Under the pieces are notes generated by a model. The model worked only from the letters and a program-made list of their open reading frames with translations, did no database searches and was not told the DNA's origin. Positions 14,611 to 21,776 of a stretch of 32,144 nucleotides of DNA are shown one piece after another; the stretch's first letter is position 1, and every line of letters begins with the position of its first letter. This stretch comes from Dehalococcoidia bacterium (GTDB taxonomy: Bacteria > Chloroflexota > Dehalococcoidia > Dehalococcoidales > JAUVZE01). The translations under genes and the position numbers were made by a program. The DNA is taken from NCBI GenBank assembly GCA_004376435.1, contig SOJS01000012.1, positions 1 through 32,144 of the forward strand. Reading direction: 5' to 3'.

Positions 14611-15561
14611 ATGGCTTTGCTGGAAGTTGAGCATTTAAAGATATATTACTTTACCCGACAGGGTGCAGTAAAGGCTGTGGATGATATCAGCTTTACTTTG
14701 GACAAGGATAAGACGCTGGGGCTGATAGGGGAATCGGGATGTGGCAAGACGACCATGGTTTTTGCCCTCATGAGATTTGTGGCACCTCCAGGGCGTATAG
14801 TGGCTGGGAAGATAATCTTCGAAGGCAGGGATATTTTAACCATAAGCGATAAGGAAATGAGGCGTTTGCGGGGACCGGGGATTGCCATGGTCTTCCAATC
14901 AGCCCAGAATGCCCTTAACCCCGTAATGACCGTGGGCAAACAGATAGTTGAAGAGATTCTGGAACACGAAAGTGTCACCAAGGAAGAGGCTTGGGAAAGA
15001 GCCAGGAAGCAATTGGAGCTGGTGGGCATAAGTGGTGATAGAATCAAGAGCTATCCACATGAATTTAGTGGGGGAATGAAACAAAGGGTGATGATTGCTA
15101 TCGCTACCGCCTGTAATCCAAGGCTTTTAATTCTGGATGAGCCAGTGACTGGCCTTGATGTGATAGTGCAAAGACAGTTACTCACCCTTCTGAGTGACCT
15201 GAGAGAAGAATTGCATTTACCGATAATATTTATCACTCATGACCTGGCTGTTGTCGCCGAGACTTGTGGTGAAGTTGCTGTTATGTATGCCGGCAAGATT
15301 GTGGAGCAAGCCAGCACTGTTTCTTTGTATAAAGAACCGGCCCATCCTTATAGCCAGGCGCTGATGAAGTCCTATCCCAGTATAAAAGGGAAAAAAGGAA
15401 AGCTGCGAAGCATCCCCGGCGCTCCCCCCGGACTTACCAATCCACCTGTTGGCTGTAGATTCCACCCACGCTGCCCCTACGTCATGGATATTTGCCGGCA
15501 AGAAGAACCAATATTTAAGCAAAGAGACGGCCGTTTGGTGGCCTGCCATCTAATCAAATAG
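14611..15561 (+). CDS. ABC transporter ATP-binding protein (DppD/OppD-like)
   Basis: Walker A GESGCGKT, signature FSGGMKQR, Walker B LLILDEP. C-terminal oligopeptide-type extension (HPYSQAL...GCRFHPRCPY). Confidence 0.9.
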   Translation: MALLEVEHLKIYYFTRQGAVKAVDDISFTLDKDKTLGLIGESGCGKTTMVFALMRFVAPPGRIVAGKIIFEGRDILTISDKEMRRLRGPGIAMVFQSAQNALNPVMTVGKQIVEEILEHESVTKEEAWERARKQLELVGISGDRIKSYPHEFSGGMKQRVMIAIATACNPRLLILDEPVTGLDVIVQRQLLTLLSDLREELHLPIIFITHDLAVVAETCGEVAVMYAGKIVEQASTVSLYKEPAHPYSQALMKSYPSIKGKKGKLRSIPGAPPGLTNPPVGCRFHPRCPYVMDICRQEEPIFKQRDGRLVACHLIK

Positions 15562-15570
15562 GATGAATTT

Positions 15571-16575
15571 ATGGAAAAAGATGAGGTGTTAAGGGTAGAG
15601 AACCTGAAGAAATATTTCCCGGTGAGGAAAGGCCTATTACAGCTTATCTCTTCGCGGGAAAGGGAATATGTTCACGCGGTTGACGATGTCAGTTTCAGCG
15701 TGCATGAGGGCGAAATCCTGGGCTTTATTGGGGAGAGCGGTTGCGGAAAAACAACCCTGGGCAGAATTCTACTCAGGCTAATTGAGCCTAGTAGCGGCCA
15801 GATATGCTTTGATGGAATTGATGTAACCTCTCTGAATAGAAAAGAATTAAAGAGCCTGCGGCGTAAAATGCAGATGATATTTCAAGACCCTCACGGCTCT
15901 CTTAACCCAAGGAGAGTAGTGTCTGAGATTATGAGGCAGACAGTCCAAATTCATAGGCTGGCTGAGGGTAAAGCAGAAGAGGATGAACTGATAAGAAACG
16001 CGCTTGAAGAAGTGGAATTAAAACCAGCTGAGGAATTCTGGAATAGATATCCCATTCTGCTTAGCGGTGGCCAGCGTCAGAGAGTTGGTATCGGCAGAGT
16101 GCTGATTCTTCAACCCAAACTTGTGATTGCCGATGAACCCATTTCAATGCTGGACGTTTCCGTAAGGATGGGTATTTTAGAACTATTGCTAAGACTTAGA
16201 GATAGATTTGGCATCTCGCTTATTTACATATCTCATGACTTAGCCACAGCACGATGTGTTTGTGACCGGATTGCCATTATGTATCTAGGCAAGATTGTAG
16301 AAATTGCTCCTACAGAAGATATTATCAACAACCCACTGCATCCTTACACTCAAGCGTTGATCTTAGCTGTGCCAGTACCCGACCCAACCGTAAAACTGCA
16401 TGATGTCCCCATCAAAGGTTATGTGCCGTTAACCCCGACCGAGGTTTTCTCCAGTTGTAGATTCCATCCGCGCTGCCCATATGCTTTAGAGAAGTGCCAC
16501 CAAGAGGAGCCTCCGCTCATCAAGGTGGGGCATGACCACTATGTTGCTTGCACCAGAGCCACAAAGGCAAACTGA
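15571..16575 (+). CDS. ABC transporter ATP-binding protein (DppF/OppF-like)
   Basis: Walker A GESGCGKTT, signature LSGGQRQR, Walker B LVIADEP. C-terminal HPYTQAL...CRFHPRCPY. Confidence 0.9.
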   Translation: MEKDEVLRVENLKKYFPVRKGLLQLISSREREYVHAVDDVSFSVHEGEILGFIGESGCGKTTLGRILLRLIEPSSGQICFDGIDVTSLNRKELKSLRRKMQMIFQDPHGSLNPRRVVSEIMRQTVQIHRLAEGKAEEDELIRNALEEVELKPAEEFWNRYPILLSGGQRQRVGIGRVLILQPKLVIADEPISMLDVSVRMGILELLLRLRDRFGISLIYISHDLATARCVCDRIAIMYLGKIVEIAPTEDIINNPLHPYTQALILAVPVPDPTVKLHDVPIKGYVPLTPTEVFSSCRFHPRCPYALEKCHQEEPPLIKVGHDHYVACTRATKAN

Positions 16576-16853
16576 GGTGGTCGCCCAAAGCCCCTCTTCC
16601 TTCCTGAGACTAATCCTGAATTTTCGCTATCGCCAGAAGGAATAGGGACACGAAACGGCAAAAAGTGAAGGACACTTTTGGGCTGAGACCGACACTTTGG
16701 TGAGGGGTGATACCGTCCTGTTGCGGTGTTAAAGACAGCGGCCTATCCGACTTTGGTGTGTTGGACTTTAGTGTCGGTTTGGGTTCACTCTGTTGCAGGG
16801 TTATCTTGCATGACTGTGGGGAAAATGTTACTTTTATGTGTGGAGTCGTGGGT

Positions 16854-16930
16854 TGGCGACCCCGGGGGGATTCGAACCCCCGATCTCCACCGTGACAGGG
16901 TGGCATGTTTGTCCACTACACCACGGGGCC
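16854..16930 (-). tRNA. tRNA-Asp (anticodon GTC), CCA encoded
   Basis: The minus strand reads GGCCCCGTGGTGTAGTGGACAAACATGCCACCCTGTCACGGTGGAGATCGGGGGTTCGAATCCCCCCGGGGTCGCCA. It has a 7-bp acceptor stem (one G-U pair), anticodon stem CCACC/GGTGG with loop CTGTCAC, a T-arm GGGGG-TTCGAAT-CCCCC and discriminator G followed by CCA. Confidence 0.9.
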
Positions 16931-16956
16931 ATTTCAGTAAGATAAGCTCAAGTCAA

Positions 16957-16985
16957 AGTCTATCAAGAGTGGTATCCAGTGTCAA
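16957..16985 (-). promoter_or_regulatory. Candidate promoter of tRNA-Asp
   Basis: On the minus strand: TTGACA (16985-16980), 17-nt spacer, TAGACT (16962-16957). The -10 ends 26 nt before the mature 5' end. Confidence 0.4.
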
Positions 16986-16993
16986 GTTGAATA

Positions 16994-17022
16994 TTGTTTG
17001 CCCCCCTGTTGTATGCTATAAT
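16994..17022 (+). promoter_or_regulatory. Candidate promoter of rpsF-ssb-rpsR (extended -10)
   Basis: TTGTTT (16994-16999), 17-nt spacer, TGcTATAAT (17014-17022). It is divergent from the tRNA promoter. Confidence 0.45.
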
Positions 17023-17046
17023 GAGCTATAAAATTTAGAGGCGCAA

Positions 17047-17382
17047 ATGACACCTAAAAAGGCAGTTAAAAAGGCAGTAAAAGTAGAAGGTAAGCAACTG
17101 CGTGATTATGAGCTGGTACTGGTTATCAGCCCCGAGATTGATGATGGGGCTCTTGATACTACAATAGACAATATAAGCCAGTTCATTACCGGAAAGGGGG
17201 GCAGTATTTCTAATGTAGAACGCTGGGGCAAAAGAAAGCTAGCCTACCCGATAAGACACCTGACGGAGGGTAGTTATGTGTTGACGCAGTTCAAATTGAA
17301 GCCGGCATTGAGCCAAGAGCTAGAGGCAAGCTTGAAAATTTCTGAGGAGGTTCTACGGCATCTGTTGATAAGGATTGAGTAG
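17047..17382 (+). CDS. rpsF: 30S ribosomal protein S6
   Basis: YELVLVISPEIDD...VERWGKRKLAYPI...GSYVLTQF, and the canonical rpsF-ssb-rpsR order. Confidence 0.92.
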   Translation: MTPKKAVKKAVKVEGKQLRDYELVLVISPEIDDGALDTTIDNISQFITGKGGSISNVERWGKRKLAYPIRHLTEGSYVLTQFKLKPALSQELEASLKISEEVLRHLLIRIE

Positions 17383-17408
17383 AGGGAAGTGTAAGGAGTA
17401 TTGAGGTA

Positions 17409-17816
17409 ATGGCAAGCTTAAATAAGGTGATGATTATCGGTAATGTTGGCACTGACCCTGAAATGCGCTTTACCCCCAATGGTAATCCGGTAACCTCATT
17501 TCGCGTGGCCACTAACCGGGTATATACCACCACTGAAGGTGAGCGAAAACAAGAGACAGAGTGGTTCACTGTGGTCGCCTGGAACAAATTAGCCGAAAGC
17601 TGTAACCAGTTTCTAACTAAAGGTCAGCGTGTCTACGCTGAGGGCAGGCTGCACACGCACGCCTGGGAGGGGCAGGATGGGCAGAAGCATGCTCGTTCCG
17701 AAATAGTGGCCAATAGAGTAATATTTCTTGACCGGCAGGCAGTAGCCGCTCTCCCCGAGGAGAAGGTTGAGGAGGCGCCCACTAATGAACCGGAGTCGGA
17801 GGACATTCCCCTCTAG
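17409..17816 (+). CDS. ssb: Single-stranded DNA-binding protein
   Basis: LNKVMIIGNVGTDPEMRFTPNGNPVTSFRVATNR...TEWFTVVAWNKLAE, with an acidic C-terminal tail ESEDIPL. Confidence 0.92.
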   Translation: MASLNKVMIIGNVGTDPEMRFTPNGNPVTSFRVATNRVYTTTEGERKQETEWFTVVAWNKLAESCNQFLTKGQRVYAEGRLHTHAWEGQDGQKHARSEIVANRVIFLDRQAVAALPEEKVEEAPTNEPESEDIPL

Positions 17817-17869
17817 GTGGGAACTAGACTTTAGTCAGCTCACCAAGAAAGGTAAAGGGGTTAGCTAGA

Positions 17870-18184
17870 ATGGCAGGATTTAAATCAGGAAAAGCGAAGA
17901 CGAAAACATGGAGTAAGCCAAGGTATGTATCCAAGCGCAAGTTTTGTTCCTTTTGCAGTAATCACATTAAGGTGATTGACTATAAAGACCCCACCAAATT
18001 AAACCAATACATATCCGGCAGAAGCAAGATTGAACCTCGCCGTAGAACCGGCACCTGTGCTAAACACCAGCGCACCTTGGCACTGGCGATAAAAAGAGCC
18101 CGGCATTTAGCCCTCCTGCCATATGCACCGGCTCACATCCGCACTACGGGGGGCATGCCGACACATGAAAGCCCAGCCAGCTGA
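17870..18184 (+). CDS. rpsR: 30S ribosomal protein S18
   Basis: [64 protein letters not shown]. Confidence 0.9.
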   Translation: MAGFKSGKAKTKTWSKPRYVSKRKFCSFCSNHIKVIDYKDPTKLNQYISGRSKIEPRRRTGTCAKHQRTLALAIKRARHLALLPYAPAHIRTTGGMPTHESPAS

Positions 18185-18242
18185 AGCCGACTTATCTCCC
18201 CTACCAAGGGGGCTCTTACAGATGCTCTCGGTCCCACCTTAA

Positions 18243-18272
18243 TTGACACTTAAGCAGTGATAGAAGTATAAT
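18243..18272 (+). promoter_or_regulatory. Candidate promoter of the rpmH-rnpA-yidD-...-jag operon
   Basis: TTGACA (18243-18248), 18-nt spacer, TATAAT (18267-18272), 33 nt before the rpmH ATG. Confidence 0.5.
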
Positions 18273-18305
18273 TTTCTTCAGTCTATTTAACTACAGGAAG
18301 TTAGA

Positions 18306-18446
18306 ATGCCGAAAAGGACATATCAACCAAAGAGGATTCCCAGGAAGCGTGAGCACGGCTTTCGGGCAAGAATGAGCACCCGAGGCGGGCGAGCCATCCT
18401 GAAGGCAAGGCGGCTTAAGGGACGTAAGCGGTTGGTTGTGGTCTGA
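18306..18446 (+). CDS. rpmH: 50S ribosomal protein L34
   Basis: Too short for the ORF track (46 aa). ATG 18306 is preceded by AGGAAG. Translation: [46 protein letters not shown]-stop. Confidence 0.92.
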   Translation: MPKRTYQPKRIPRKREHGFRARMSTRGGRAILKARRLKGRKRLVVV

Positions 18447-18471
18447 CACCTTGGTTGGCAAGAATGAGGCA

Positions 18472-18846
18472 ATGAGGAAAGAGGAACACCTTACCAAGCC
18501 AGAACAGTATGCCTTAGTCTATAATAAGGGCAGGTCGTGGACAAGCAATTTAGTGGTGATGAAGGCTTTACCCAACGGTCTTGCTTTCGCCAGGTATGGT
18601 TTCTCGGTTAGCAAACGTCTGGGCAAGGCAGTGATAAGAAACCGAATAAAGCGCCGACTTCGCCAAATCCTGCACCTAACGCCACTGGAACCAGGGTGGG
18701 ATATTATCTTTATTGCCCGCTTACCAGCCACCAGCACCGATTATGCCAGCCTTGAGAAATCAATTGCTGATTTGCTATCCCGGGCTCAGTTAATAAAGCC
18801 AGCCAAAGGTAAGGCTTGCCAGCGGCTAAAGGCGGGGGTGTTATGA
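18472..18846 (+). CDS. rnpA: Ribonuclease P protein component
   Basis: It follows rpmH. Basic RNR-type motif KAVIRNRIKRRLRQIL; YGFSVSKRLG. I prefer ATG 18472 over the non-ATG track start at 18436, which would overlap rpmH. Confidence 0.85.
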   Translation: MRKEEHLTKPEQYALVYNKGRSWTSNLVVMKALPNGLAFARYGFSVSKRLGKAVIRNRIKRRLRQILHLTPLEPGWDIIFIARLPATSTDYASLEKSIADLLSRAQLIKPAKGKACQRLKAGVL

Positions 18847-19052
18847 AGAGGTTTGCCTTAGGTTTAATCAGATTTTACCAGCTAGCCATATCGCCAGTTA
18901 TGCTCCCCTCCTGCCGTTTTACCCCCAGTTGCTCCCAGTACACCTACCAAGCTATCTCAAGATTTGGATTTTTTAAAGGGGTCTGGCTGGGAGCAAAGCG
19001 TCTGGGGCGTTGCCACCCCTTCCACAGCAGCGGCTATGACCCGGTGCCGTGA
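18843..19052 (+). CDS. yidD: Membrane protein insertion efficiency factor YidD
   Basis: MKRFALGLIRFYQLAISPVMLPSCRFTPSCSQYTYQAISRFGFFKGVWLGAKRLGRCHPFHSSGYDPVP. ATG 18843 overlaps the rnpA stop (ATGA). Confidence 0.88.
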   Translation: MKRFALGLIRFYQLAISPVMLPSCRFTPSCSQYTYQAISRFGFFKGVWLGAKRLGRCHPFHSSGYDPVP

Positions 19053-19077
19053 AAAGCTAGCTTTTTGGAGAGATTAA

Positions 19078-20229
19078 GTGAGGATTAAAAATAGCGCACC
19101 ATTAGCTATCAAGATATGGCTGCTTGTAGCTTTACTGCTGGCTAGTCTGGTTCTTGTCGGCTGTTTTGGCGTTCCACCCCGGGGGTGGTCAGGAGGAGCA
19201 GTAGCCGAGGATACCCTGTTTCTGGGTTCTATGGATGGCGAGTTCCTCGCCCTGAAGGCAGAAAGTGGTGCTCGTCTGTGGCAGATGCCAATTGAAACCG
19301 AAACTAGCGGCGGTGGCTTTGGCTGTGCGCCAGCACCAACATCAGTCGCTATCTATGGCACCCCAGCAGTTGGGGAGGAGTTGGTCTATTTTGGTGGCTA
19401 TAATGGTAAGGTCTATGCCCTTAATACCAGTTCCGGCGCCTTGAGGTGGGTCTATCCCCGCCAGGGTAATCTGGAGCCGATTGCCGGTGGGGCAGTGGTA
19501 GCGCTAGGTAAGCTCTATATTGGCTCTTCAGATGGCAAGCTCTATGCTCTGGATGCCGCCACCGGTGATGAGATTTGGCAGTTTGAGACCGGAGACAAGG
19601 TGTGGTCAACGCCGGTTATTGACGGCAACAGATTGTTCATTGCTTCCTTTGATAAAAAGCTCTATGCTCTGGATGCCGCTACCGGTGACGAGATTTGGCA
19701 GTTTGAGACTGAAGGGGCTATTGTCTCCACCCCCGTCGTCCATAATAGCCGGGTCTATATTGGCTCCTTTGACAGGCACCTTTATGCTCTAGATGCCGCC
19801 AGTGGCAGAAAAATCTGGCAGTTCCCCAGTGATGATGAGGCTGAGGGCGGGCCGGGAAACTGGTTCTGGGCAAAGCCGATTGTCCATAATAACACCCTAT
19901 ATGCCGTCAATCTTGATGGCAGGGTCTATATCTTAAGTGCCGAAACTGGCAGTGAGGTGGCCAGCACCATTGACATTGGCAGTCCCCTTTCCTCGTGGCC
20001 GGTTTTAGCTGACAGCTCGGTTATTATCGCCTCCGAGGAGGGCACAATATACGCTCTTGATACCGCCACTAACCAAGTTAAGCCGCTGGCTAACCTGGAT
20101 GAGAAGGTCTATGCTCCCCTAGCCGCCAGCGATGGGGTGGTCTATGTTCACACCCAGGAAAACACCCTTTATGCGCTGAGTGCCCAGACAGGGGTAACGC
20201 TGTGGAGCCTGCCACTAAGCAGTAAGTGA
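19078..20229 (+). CDS. PQQ-like (BamB/YfgL-like) eight-bladed beta-propeller lipoprotein
   Basis: GTG start with GGAGAG RBS. Signal peptide and lipobox LVLVGC. Eight repeats of about 40 aa of the type (K/R)LYALDAxTGxxxWQF. It lies 25 nt after yidD and 11 nt before yidC. Confidence 0.8.
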   Translation: MRIKNSAPLAIKIWLLVALLLASLVLVGCFGVPPRGWSGGAVAEDTLFLGSMDGEFLALKAESGARLWQMPIETETSGGGFGCAPAPTSVAIYGTPAVGEELVYFGGYNGKVYALNTSSGALRWVYPRQGNLEPIAGGAVVALGKLYIGSSDGKLYALDAATGDEIWQFETGDKVWSTPVIDGNRLFIASFDKKLYALDAATGDEIWQFETEGAIVSTPVVHNSRVYIGSFDRHLYALDAASGRKIWQFPSDDEAEGGPGNWFWAKPIVHNNTLYAVNLDGRVYILSAETGSEVASTIDIGSPLSSWPVLADSSVIIASEEGTIYALDTATNQVKPLANLDEKVYAPLAASDGVVYVHTQENTLYALSAQTGVTLWSLPLSSK

Positions 20230-20240
20230 GGTAGATTTCT

Positions 20241-21203
20241 TTGGATATCGGGGCAATCTGGGATTTAATTATCTTGCAGCCGATGATAAACGGCCTGATT
20301 GCAGTCTATAGTGCTCTTTTTAGCAACTTCGGGCTGGCTATCATTGTGCTCACCATTATTGTTCGGCTGGTAACAATACCCCTCACCTTAAAGCAGCTGC
20401 GGGCGACCAAAGCCATGCAAGCCCTTCAGCCAAAGCTTACAGAGCTTCAGAAAAAGCACGCCAAGGATAAGGCTAAGCTGGCGCAGGAGCAGATGAGGCT
20501 TTATAAGGAGTCGGGGATAAGTCCCGCCGGCTGCCTGTTGCCTATGCTAATCCAGATGCCCATCTGGATAGCTCTATATCAGTCAATCATAAGACTGCTG
20601 GCGGTAACGCCGGAGGACTTTCTCGGTATTTCCCGCTACCTCTATTCCTGGCCCATGGTGTATTCGGTGCTGCCGCTGTATAGCAGTTTCCTGTGGCTAA
20701 ACCTGGCAACACCGGACAGGCTGCTCATACTGCCAATCCTGGTTGGGGGCACAATGTGGCTGCAACAGAAGATGGTAACACCCACCTCCGCCGACCCCCG
20801 GCAGCAGGCACAGAGCCGAATGATGCTGTGGATGATGCCGCTGATGTTTGCCTTTCTTACCATGCAGTTCCCCAGCGGCCTGGCTCTCTACTGGGTAGCG
20901 TCCAACATTATCACTATTGCCATTCAGTATTATATTACCGGCTGGGGAGGGCTGGCTCCATCAACGGCCAGGAAGCCAGGGGACAGGGATAAGAAGTATA
21001 TCAAGCGCATCAGCCAGGTAGAGCAAGCCCCTTCGGAGGCTCCTGTTGAGGCTGATATTGTAGAAATGAGTTCTGCGGAGGAAGCTGAAGATGAAGGAAG
21101 TGGAGATAAGCGCCAAGAGCGTCGAGACGGCTATCCAGCAAGCCTTAGAGCAATTAGGCGTCGCTCGGGACGAGGTAGAAGTCACCATCCTAAGCGAAGG
21201 TAA
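20241..21203 (+). CDS. yidC: Membrane protein insertase YidC/Oxa1 family, short (monoderm-type) form with a long charged tail
   Basis: TTG start with GTGAGGT RBS. The core begins directly at GLAIIVLTIIVRLVTIPLTLKQLRATKAMQALQPKL...; GISPAGCLLPMLIQMPIWIALY; no large P1 domain. The last 37 codons overlap jag. Confidence 0.9.
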   Translation: MDIGAIWDLIILQPMINGLIAVYSALFSNFGLAIIVLTIIVRLVTIPLTLKQLRATKAMQALQPKLTELQKKHAKDKAKLAQEQMRLYKESGISPAGCLLPMLIQMPIWIALYQSIIRLLAVTPEDFLGISRYLYSWPMVYSVLPLYSSFLWLNLATPDRLLILPILVGGTMWLQQKMVTPTSADPRQQAQSRMMLWMMPLMFAFLTMQFPSGLALYWVASNIITIAIQYYITGWGGLAPSTARKPGDRDKKYIKRISQVEQAPSEAPVEADIVEMSSAEEAEDEGSGDKRQERRDGYPASLRAIRRRSGRGRSHHPKRR

Positions 21204-21753
21204 GACTGGCATCCTGGGTATGGGCGGTGAGGAGGCCAGGGTTAGAGTGACCCTCCTCGCGCCTGAAGAAGAGAGCGAAGTAGCCGAGGCAGCTAAGGAA
21301 GTCCTGGAGATGCTGCTTGATAAGATGGGGATGGCGGCATCGGTTACCCCCGGTGCTCAACCAAAAGTTGAGGGAGAAACTGAAGCCGCCCCAGCTATTG
21401 CCTTTGATATAAATGGCGATGACCTGGGGATTCTGATTGGGCGGCGGGGGCAGACCCTTTCCTGCCTCCAGTATATGGTCAGGCTCATTATAGCTCACCA
21501 GAGAAAGGTCTGGCTGCCCATATTTATTGATGTTGGCGGCTACAAGCAACGCCGCCATCAGACACTGCAGGCTCTCGCCCTGCGCGTAGCCGAACAGGTA
21601 AAGGCCAAGGAGGTGCCATTTACTCTGGAGCCGATGCCAGCCTATGAGCGGCGTATCATCCACATTACCCTAGCCAACCACCCCGATGTCACCACGCAGA
21701 GCATCGGCGAGGGCGAGATGCGTAAGGTGGTTATTCTGCCCCAAGAAAAGTAG
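21091..21753 (+). CDS. jag: Jag/KhpB-type RNA-binding protein (Jag_N + KH + R3H)
   Basis: GGAGGA RBS. N-terminal Jag_N-like MKEVEISAKSVETAIQQALEQLGVARDEVEVTILSEGKTGILGMG. KH-like DLGILIGRRGQTLSCLQYM. R3H-like ERRIIHITL. Canonical position after yidC. Confidence 0.87.
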   Translation: MKEVEISAKSVETAIQQALEQLGVARDEVEVTILSEGKTGILGMGGEEARVRVTLLAPEEESEVAEAAKEVLEMLLDKMGMAASVTPGAQPKVEGETEAAPAIAFDINGDDLGILIGRRGQTLSCLQYMVRLIIAHQRKVWLPIFIDVGGYKQRRHQTLQALALRVAEQVKAKEVPFTLEPMPAYERRIIHITLANHPDVTTQSIGEGEMRKVVILPQEK

Positions 21754-21776
21754 CCCCAGAAGAAAGGTTCTTACTC

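Noticed and set aside
16590-16612. GGAAGGAAG on the minus strand, reminiscent of the SRP (4.5S) RNA helix-8 motif
   Set aside because: The flanking sequence cannot be folded into the conserved symmetric/asymmetric loop helix, and there is no matching 3' strand (AGCA/GGCAG-type). The resemblance is most likely chance.
16610-17031. ORFs 16610-16906 (-), 16707-16895 (+) and 16726-17031 (+)
   Set aside because: All three overlap the tRNA-Asp gene and its flanks, and their sequences are low-complexity. The region is better explained as non-coding.
16931-18305. Possible oriC or DnaA-box cluster, since rpmH-rnpA-yidC loci often abut dnaA/oriC
   Set aside because: I saw no TTATCCACA-like clusters or AT-rich unwinding element in the intergenic regions. 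The gene upstream of rpmH here is rpsR, not dnaA. The only 8/9 box I noticed (about 15051) lies inside the oppD-like CDS.
21190-21663. 157-aa minus-strand ORF inside jag; likewise 26149-26583 (+) inside trpB2, and 31272-31895 (+) and 31381-31944 (+) inside trpD
   Set aside because: They lie antisense to strongly supported genes. They are Ala/Gly/Arg/Pro-rich, as expected for the reverse frames of GC-rich coding DNA.
21754-21776. T-box or attenuator leader upstream of ileS
   Set aside because: Only 23 nt separate the jag stop from the ileS start, which is too short for any leader structure. ileS appears to be co-transcribed with the upstream operon.
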